This document shows positions 55,040-64,000 of a DNA stretch of 64,000 nt, piece after piece. A program made the translations under genes and the position numbers. Below the pieces are notes generated by a model that saw nothing but the letters and a program-made list of their open reading frames with translations, had not been told where the DNA came from and did no database searches. The DNA is taken from assembly GCA_000320545.1 (NCBI GenBank), contig ADNK01002607.1, positions 124,001 to 188,000 of the forward strand, given 5' to 3'. This DNA is from Bigelowiella natans CCMP2755 (Eukaryota; Protista; Cercozoa). The stretch's first letter is position 1. Every line of letters starts with the position of its first letter.

Positions 55040-56200
55040 GCTGCTTCCTCTTCGTCCTCTCACTAGATTAGTCGAGCTGCTTGTTCTGGTTCTCACTGGA
55101 CGTGAGCGCTCTGTGCGTTGGGCTGTCAAAACGCGAGGAGGAGGACCACAAAATCCTGAAAAACAAACAAAAACGAATCGATGAAACTTCTTAGGAGAAA
55201 AACCAAAAAAATGGGTGACTACCGGAAAGAAAATCATCGGGGAACTTTCCTCCAATGTTTCTTTCTTTCTTTCTTTCTTTCCTTCATCTTGACATTCGGA
55301 GATTCTGACCACAGCATCGAGCAATTGGCATCGAGCCATCCTCGCAATGACCTCTTTCTTTCTTTGTCTGCGTCAGTTCATTCTGTTCAACCACAGACAC
55401 AGCGCATGTCTGTTGTCACACAGGCCCTTGTTTTCAAGCCCCGCTTCAGCGGCTCATTTGTGGAACACGTGAAAGCAATGTCAGCACTTCACACAAGCCA
55501 AGATCCTCACACGAAAAATGAAGACAGACAAAATCCTTTGTTCGGTTTTTCCAACAATGGTTCCAGCACAGTCATGCGATCACGCTGAATCAAGCGCATG
55601 GGCGCGGCGCTGTTCAGTGTCTAGACTGTGCAGCTCAGCTAGCTAGACAAGCGCCAGCTAGCGTCATGCTGCAATGATCGAACGACGTCGATCACGCCGT
55701 GCGCAGGTGGCAGTCTAGCAGTGCTGCCTTCCAGCCTTGCATGTCTAGTGTGACACAGCCAAGGCGGGAATGTCGTGAAATCGAAGCTAGTTTTTGGATC
55801 CAAAAAACCGATGTGTGTCTTTGTTCGCCGCATGCATGCTGTGGCACATGACAGTACGTAGCGCGAGCATCGCAGCTTCGCTCGCTCTCTCGTCACGCAG
55901 CACAGCCGCCACACCCGGACCGATCGACTGGTGGCATGGCATGACTGTGACTCTGCACGACTACCAGCAGCTGGTGTGACGGTGTGACTGGACGGAGCAC
56001 GCACATTTCTAGGATTCGATCATCATGCAGGTCGCACACACAACATTACGATCATCTTCATGCTCATGAGTGTAGCTAGCTAGCTAGCTAGCGTTGCCAA
56101 TGTGCGCAAGTACGTAGCACTAGAGCAAGTAATGTTGCCATTGTGCGTCTCGCCTGTGCGTGAAACTATGCAAAGTGTACGATTTGCGCAAAATGCGACG
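55040..56200. other. TpA-depleted intergenic tract covering the upstream region of the phosphatase
   Basis: 2 TA counted in 55081-55620 (TTAG, CTAC); CTAG-rich further along. Confidence 0.8.
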
Positions 56201-56315
56201 GATATGTGTGGGTTAGTACAATTTCTGCATTGCTATAGTTTTCCTGAGCTGCTGCACACGATATAATGTGTTGAATCCAATCAAATTTACAGTTGCTACG
56301 CGAAGTAATGATTTG

Positions 56316-57400
56316 TCAGGTTGTCGAAGCATTTGATTTTCGGTCTCTCTCTGAACGACGAAAATGATCAGGAAGTATCCTCTCCACGCATTTTCCAATC
56401 CTCTGTAACCTCGAAACAAAACTATCCACACGACCAAAAGTGAAATTAACAATTTTTGAAATCATCTACGTTCCCTCTTTTGATTGAAATTTGGTAAAAT
56501 TGATCATATAAACCTTGGCATTTCTACGGGTGCTCGATCGTTGGAAATGATCGCGTTCATAAATTTCAATGAGAAATGATTACCTGAATATCGTTACAAA
56601 TAATCTTTGTAGGTTGATGTCAAATGCTTAAATGAAAACGGAAATTATTACAGTTGTTGTTGAGCGGGGTGTATTGATCGGTGCAGAAACGAGACTCCAT
56701 CTTTTTCTTCTTTGCCTGAATCTAACAACATATTTCTAGAGCAAATTTGCAAAATTCATATTGAGCACATTACCTCCTCCTCAGATAAATTTGTTGTTCC
56801 CACCAAAATTGTCATTCTGCATGAAAACTTTCAGAATTAATCCTATAAAAATGAATGAATGAAATCTGACCGGAAGTATCCATGTTTCATCCATGAAATA
56901 TCTCTGGGCCGTGATACTCTTATACCACTCTTTCTAACGTGGTTGCCAGCCTGTCCAGCGAATGAGTACTCTATATAGTTGAGTGGAAAATCTTATTTGT
57001 GATGCAGGTATCGATTGATAGCTTCCACCACATTGCACCTTTATTGTATACTTGTACCCCAGTGTGATAGACACCTAATCCAATCCGTCGGTAGGTTGCA
57101 TTGAAAAACCCCATGTCATATCTGTTAGAAATAGCAATCCATATTATCCATACATCTCTCGCCATAAACTGTGTGGCTGTCATACACGTTCAGATACACG
57201 TAGGCCCGCTTTTTGCCCCCTGCCTCCTGAGAGCACAGCATAATTCAATTTTGAGTCGTCGCAGAAAACGATGTGAGGATACCTTCGAATCTGGAACTCT
57301 TGACACTCTATCTTGCGTTGTGTTACATTGGCTGTCAAGCACACAGACATTCTGTCAGTTGAAATCCATTCGTGAGAGAACCAAAGAAGCCGAACCCCAT
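56316..57400 (-). CDS. DESI2: Desumoylating/deubiquitinating isopeptidase 2-like (PPPDE family)
   Basis: VYLNV|YDMGFFN...IGLGVYHTGVQVYNK|EYSFAG, ILVGTT, YTPLNNNC|NHFS, RLQRIG. Start approximate. Confidence 0.8.
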
Positions 57401-58104
57401 GAGCGTTTGAATTCTCATTCAAAAGAGTTGACCCGAGTCTGGGAGTGAACGACAAGTGAGAGCACAGAAGTGAGAATAAAGGAAAACTTCGAACTTCGAA
57501 CTTCAACTCCTGGCAACAATCGACAACAACAGGAAGAAACAAAGCCGAGAAAGGCAACAAAAACGTCTTGCGATATCTAGATGAGCGACATAATCTCGGT
57601 TAAGACCTTGTGCCTGTTTTCAGGAACTAGATTATGAAAATTACCAGTTCACATCCAAACTTCAGCAGGTACCCAGCCATGTCCGCATGTCATCTCATTC
57701 AAAACACGCAGTAACTAATAATAAGATGTTCTTTCACAGAATATTTTAGAAGTTACATCATTATTTATTTTTACCTTCTTATCGAAACAAAAAAATACAA
57801 GTTTGAATTTCTTAATTGCACACCCCATGATGTAAGTCTTTTCATAACAAGATTTAGAGGGATACAATTTTGTAAGTACAATCTAAATTTGTAGTAGCGA
57901 CAAGCAAAATCGGGAAAAATATGAGGGGAAGTCAGTTGGTCTCACGGTACAAAAGTCTGGGTGAGTTATTCTCCACTCATTCGGTGAGGAACAGGATACT
58001 CTGCATCCATAGCTACTAGCTGTCTTTGTCAAATAGAGGAAAGTATGATAATAGCCATAAAAATTTTACTCAGTCAGGAAGCGCAAACAGATAAAAGAAG
58101 AAGA

Positions 58105-58139
<35 letters not shown>

Positions 58140-58264
58140 AAATCTGCAATGAATGATAGAAAACTAAGTTGAAATGATGAACCTTCTCCATGACACCTAG
58201 TAATCATGCAACTTGTCACTACAGGCACTTTAATCATCCTTCGTTGGATCTAAACTTTGGCTTG

Positions 58265-58304
58265 ATGAAATCTTCTACCTCTCTCCTTCGACTTTGCAAT
58301 CGAA

Positions 58305-58339
<35 letters not shown>

Positions 58340-59632
58340 GTATGGTTGTTTTGTTTGGTATGTCCCTCCCTGCGACGCCGTTCACTCATGATGTGAGACT
58401 GGATTTCATTATTATTATTCAAACACTAAGTGTGTTTTCACACAGATTCTGTCCAGAGGTTTCAGTGCTGGGATTGTGCAGGTGTTTGTTGATTGATGCT
58501 GCTCTACAGCATGCCTTTGTAGGTTGTGGGGTAATTGAATGCTGACAATTTTGTGGTGTACTCTCAGCATCGCCATACAGAGCTGAACAACCTGGAAACC
58601 AAGTTTGAGTTCAATGCAGAATCCAAAAAAGAGATTGATCGCGTTCTGAAAAAATACCCACCGCAATACAAGAAGTCCGCAACAATCCCGCTCCTGGTAT
58701 GGAACTTTGCAATGTCGCTCGCCCTCTGTATGAAAATTATTCTAATGCCTTTCAGTACATTGCTCAAGAACAAGAAGGATCCGAGAACTGGCTTACATTG
58801 GCAGCCATGAACAAAATTGCAGAGGTGGTTTATTTGTTGCTCATTTTGTTCAACTTGATGTGCGTGTGCACCGAAGGTGATCTTTCTTTTAAAATTTTAG
58901 ATGTTTTCTGGAACAAAAATTCAATAACAGAAAAATGATAATGTCCTTTATGTTGCACGGTTCTTGCAGCTGCTCGAAGTTCCTCCGATGAACGTATACG
59001 AAGTTGCGACCTTCTACACAATGTTCAATCGTGAGCCTGTTGGAAAGTATCACATACAGCTTTGCGGTACTACTCCTTGCATGGTGGCTGGCTGTGGAAA
59101 GGATTCAATTAAGAAAGTGATCATGGATGAACTTGGAATCAAGGATGGAGGTAATGATAATTACAATGTAGGGAGGACATAGAATAGATCTAGGAATCTG
59201 TGCACGGATATGTATTCATGTTTACAACCACCCCTCATGCAGAAACCACGGAGGATGGAATGTTCACCCTCACGGAGGTGGAATGCCTTGGAGCTTGCGT
59301 GAATGCGCCGATGATTCAAGTTAACAACAAGGAATTTTACGTAAGAACTACCTTAAAGAAGATTCTTAGTTGATTTCTTACAATTATAAAACATAATTCA
59401 TCACGGGTAGGAACATCTGACGGAAGAGAGTACGAAGAAACTCCTGGATACTTGGAAAAGCGGGGGCACGCCTAAAGAAGGAAACCAGAACCACGTCAAA
59501 ACCTGTGAGGGGCCTATGGGAAAAACCTCTCTAAAAGGTGGAGAGCCGGGATTTCCTGAATTCCTAGATCTTGACAAGGTCATTGCCGAAAAAAAAGAGG
59601 CCGACGCTAAGAAGGCATCGGAAAGCTCTTAG
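58265..59632 (+). CDS. NDUFV2: NADH:ubiquinone oxidoreductase 24-kDa subunit (NuoE), mitochondrial
   Basis: [86 protein letters not shown]. Confidence 0.95.
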
Positions 59633-59732
59633 CTTGATGCTGCATCATAAATCGTTATATTCATGGTAATATTAACGGGGTCGTACTACATTTTACTGAT
59701 TCAATAGAAAAGACGAACTTCATATATATACG

Positions 59733-59775
<43 letters not shown>

Positions 59776-59899
59776 GTATACATGTAAGTAGCATTTAAAT
59801 AATGCAGCGGCTACAGCGCTTATGTTGTATCTATTTGTTTCCTTTGTCACATGTTGCATGCATGAAAACGCATTGCTATATTGCAATTTGATCTGTTGT

Positions 59900-60012
59900 G
59901 TCGCGCTTTGCGCGCAGCAGCGCGAGCTCTTTTTTCTGTGTTTGAGAGGCGTTTTGTTTCGTCGTTGCGGTCAATGATTGCCGTCAGTTGTTTGTTCAGT
60001 TTCAGTCTCTTC
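59900..60012 (-). mobile_element. Relic of a dispersed coding element (copy B; homologous to 26460-26640)
   Basis: Shares the peptide L.L..QL.AI..RNDETK.L...EK.A, with synonymous codon differences. Confidence 0.5.
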
Positions 60013-60209
60013 TTTGATCGAGGCCCATATACTCTAGCAGTACTTTCTGCATAATAGACACAGCAATACTTATAATAGACACAGCAATACACTATACATA
60101 TTATATATATTGTGTATTGCATGTCTATCATCTGCGCTGCAGAAGATGGTCCATGTATGTCTTGCGCAGCATGTTCTAAATGTTGTACATGCGTCGCATG
60201 TGGCTTCTG

Positions 60210-61130
60210 CACAAGTGCGTCAATATATCAAACCCGGTAACGACGGGGTTGTGAACGGTGCAGCGCTTTGAAGCAGCAGGCAGTTGCAGTTGGTCAAAGA
60301 AAAGTCATCAGAACTTGCTAGCTTGTCCGTTGGCCAAACCTGAAAAAATGACCGAAATGTTGACCAAAATGTCCATTTTCAAGGCCTCAAAGTGTGAAAA
60401 TTCACACCCGTTGTGTAGCAGATGCACGCTGCGCGTTTGTTCTCTGCCACATTTTGAATGCTTATTTTGCGTGTGCGTTTGCATGACCAAATGTGATGTG
60501 CGCGAAAAATTTCAAAGAAATGCGAGCAAATCCAATGTCCATTGCATCACATGACGCGCTTGGTCGCGCGCAAAAGCTTCCAGCATGCGCACATTCTGGC
60601 GATTCGTTACAGGTTTGACGGACTTGTGTGCGGGTGTGCTTTGTCCTTTGAACATCATCATGAATGTCCCAAGATTGCCAACACCACAAATGCTAGAAAT
60701 GGCCTTGAGCTAGCTAATGCACATGCCATGTGTATTTACGCTAGTCTAGTAGTACGTGTACGTGCGTACACATGTCTAGCTAGCTAGCTGCATCGACATC
60801 ACGCAGCACACTCTGCTTGCTGCACAGCACACATGCATGGCTTGCATGCATGACCTCATGCACATGTGCTGCACTGCATGTACTACATAGGTAGCTAGCT
60901 ATACTAGCAGATGCGTATGTGAGTGTACAGTACGCATGCATCGTGCATAGCCAGCAGCGCCGCCATGCATGCTGCGTGCAAAAATGCATCGTATCGCAAT
61001 GCACATGTGTGCTAATGTAAAGCTACATTACTAGCAAGACGAAGACGATCACTGATAAAAATAAATTTAATCATTCATTGCATCTGTCTCATCATGGTCT
61101 GACGTTTATATCTAGATATGTAGGTCGTGG
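60210..61130. other. TpA-depleted intergenic tract between convergent NDUFV2 and RPS8
   Basis: 4 TA counted in 60241-60660; CTAG/CATG/TGCA-rich afterwards. Confidence 0.75.
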
Positions 61131-61415
61131 AGTTCGATGACGGCGCGCGTGCAAACCAACATTATTAGCGTGCACAAATGCAGCAGCATAATTGATATTG
61201 CCTTACGAATGAGATCGTTTCCGCAATTAATAATTCACATCCTTTTACTTACTTACATTGGTTACATGTGTAAGTTAAAATGCAGCCGCTTAAGCAACGT
61301 ACTGCTACCACAACTATATCCCTACGAATGCTCTATCCTCTTCAATGTCCTCCTTAATCAAAGTGTAACACCCATATTCACTAGTGGGAGGCTTCAATTC
61401 TTCCATACGAAAGAA

Positions 61416-62339
61416 TTATTTCTTTTTCTTAGCACTCATTTTCTTGAGGTAGAATTGCAATTCCTCGCCTTCAAGAATGTAGCCATCAGCACGCCCGCTC
61501 TGTCCTGGACGGGAAGAGATGCAAGCATAAAGACGACCTTGACGGAACTGATCTTCGATTTGGGATTCGATGACTCCCATGAATTTTCTGCGTGCAGCCT
61601 GCTTTTTCTTGGTAGCTTCGCTGACGGATTTCTCATCCTTAGCCTCAGCCTCGTTCTTCTTCTTTCCAAGAACAACTCCATAATGCTGCTTGTACCATTC
61701 ACGGAATGGAACAGCATCAACTTGAACAATAGTGTTCTTCACAAGAGTCTTGGTACGAACCAACTCGTTATTAGATGCGTTGTAGCTTACCTGAGGACAA
61801 CCATACGCTAATAAGTGGGTGTTCTGACGTGCGAAAAGAAATGTGAATTACATCCAAGATCTTTGTCTTCTTTGCGATTGCCTCCGAGCCCCAGGAAAAG
61901 TTTCCGAATTCGAGGCGCATCGCACGGTACTTGTAGTTTCCACCTCGCACACGAACTACTTTGACGCTAATGAAAAGAGAAATAATAAGTACAAATCTTC
62001 CCAAATTAAATTTTCTTCTCCATACCGCTTTGCTCCGATCTTGGTCATCGAAGGAGGACGTGCCATTTCATACTTGCGTTTCTTGATGTGAATCGCACGG
62101 CGACCACCAGTAGCGCGCCTTTTGTGGCGCTTATCACGAGACAAACCTATAATGATGCAGAGATTCATTTCATTGATATAGATAACACATTCAAATCAAC
62201 AAGTGGCTTCAAATTCGCGCAAAGCATGGAAGTCATCATAGATAGGAAATCAGTGTGTATTTTCATGTGCATGTGTATATATTTATTTTGATGTGCTTAT
62301 TTTGTAGCGATAAGTTGCTTCGGGGGGGGACGAACCCAT
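61416..62339 (-). CDS. RPS8: 40S ribosomal protein S8 (eS8)
   Basis: MG|[88 protein letters not shown]. Confidence 0.96.
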
Positions 62340-62644
62340 GCTTCTGCGCGGACGATTTCTGCCTCCGCAATTTCGCCGATGCACGAAAAAATAATAATAA
62401 TTTTAATTCAGACCGAAATATAAAATATTTTAATAGATTCGCCGGATTTTTAAAATAATTTGAAAATTAATGTATTGTCGTTATCAAATTAAGGAGTCAA
62501 CAATGCTTCCTCACATGTTCAACATTGACAAAAGTAAATCGCTTTTTATCGATGAAATTTACCGAGATACATGTAGTGAATCTCTGGAGGAGCCTCCATA
62601 ATAATGCTCTAGGAAATCTCTAGGGAGTCTCTCTTTCTTGGCCG

Positions 62645-63498
62645 ATGGGTTTGTCGCAGTACCAAAGTAGTAGAGCACAGCAGGGAAAAAGGCTCCCCAC
62701 AGCCTTTCCCGCCAACAATGGTGCCGAACATTGTGACGACTTTCTTAGTAGGCACTTGAATAGAATGTCCCAGGTCAAAGGTGATGAAGGAGGTGGAGGG
62801 AAGGACCATCGACAAAATAGGCAAGCTATCGACGAAAATATGAATGCCTCGAAGATACATAGAGAGCCCAACCAAGCGCTGAGCGCAAGGTATATCGCTA
62901 CCCATGAGGTCATACATTCTTGCTGAATGTCTTCATTATTGCATATAGTACTCAGAGAGCTTTGCAAGATATTGATAAAAAAGTTGCAATGGAGGTTGAG
63001 CAACTCCTGGAGCGTCCTGCCGTTGCGCCCGTCGTTGATAATCAGATGCAACTGCATCGCCAAGAAACTACGAGGAAAACAGGAAGGCCACTATCTCCAG
63101 CAGTGGGCAGTACGGTCGAAGGTATATATTCTCAAAATGTGTTCGAACTACTACGGTTGCAAATACTTACATTACATCCAGAATTTGAGGAGCTTATTCG
63201 TCGGAGACCCTTAATAAAAGCTTTAAGATGGTGGAACATAGTGATTAAAGGTAGATATGTAAGTATTATATGAACCTTAAGAAAAGGTGTTGCATATGCT
63301 GCATCATTTTCATTGCTTCCACAATTTTACATAACAGAGAAGCGAGAAACGTGGAGACAGATTATTCGTGCAAAAGCAAATATTCAACTGATGAAAATAA
63401 ACCGAGCATGGGAGACATGGCAACAGGTATTGAACAAGGGTGGTCAACCTAATGATTTCATCAGATTTCTAGCTGAAAGAATTTTAAAATATCAATGA
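62645..63498 (+). CDS. Hypothetical spliced protein; C-terminal QPNDFIRFLAERIL resembles a Dpy-30/RIIa-type docking motif
   Basis: Consecutive overlapping ORF pieces with GT/AG junctions; stop at 63498. Confidence 0.4.
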
Positions 63499-64000
63499 CG
63501 ATAATAAATATCTTCAGTGGAGTAAACAGAATAAAGACGAGCGAAAGAAATTGAAGTCAGCTACTAATTTCTGGCAAATAAAGATGTCTTCGAGGGTATT
63601 CCCTAAATTCCTTATCTGAAAATTTTATAGACAGCTGCTACCTGCTAAACATTTATGAACCGCCACCACCATCCAAGTTGCTACATCAACTAAAACCCAA
63701 CCACAACTACTACTCTCCATCCTGAACAGACACTACACCGCTGGGCACTGTCACTTGCCATCAAAAGCGCACAAGAGAAAGCATTCGGTATTTCTATAAC
63801 CTCCATAATAATATCACGACTACAACTGCAGCTTGTAGAGAGCTTCGATCTCCCATGCCAAAGTCCCACTTGTTCCCCCCTTTTCACCCAATATGAAATT
63901 GGGCAATTTATTGCATTACTGTGCTGAAATTGCAGAAGAAGCTGTTGCGTTCCATAATCACGGTGCATTGCGAATCTATTGGCAGCTTTGGCAATGCGCC

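Noticed and set aside
63600-64000. Minus-strand ORF at the window end
   Set aside because: Truncated and unrecognisable.

Overview
Gene-dense, intron-rich eukaryotic nuclear DNA. It is most likely from a chlorarachniophyte alga (Bigelowiella-like); this is inferred from a bacterial-type GAPDH carrying a bipartite signal+transit leader, short introns and abundant microsatellites. Recognisable spliced genes, in order: SNW1/SKIIP (5' partial), MTO1/GidA, a ~10 kb radical-SAM FO (deazaflavin) synthase arranged CofH-then-CofG, a small membrane protein, plastid-targeted long-form GAPDH, an unknown coiled-coil protein, an ankyrin gene, a histidine phosphatase, a beta-helix protein, DeSI1, a tandem-Ubl protein, TBC1D24-like, a dual-specificity phosphatase, DeSI2, NDUFV2, RPS8 and an unknown gene. 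The strongest unexplained signal is in intergenic tracts and one embedded ankyrin gene, where TpA has been almost eliminated in favour of TpG/CpA. Surviving TpA sites are mostly in TAG/CTA (CTAG) context, and CpG is retained. Tandem ankyrin exon-intron copies show the same ancestral TA resolved to TG in one copy and CA in another. This points to a RIP-like but adenine-directed (A-to-G at TpA) hypermutation process. Exon boundaries were read by eye, and no database searches were run.
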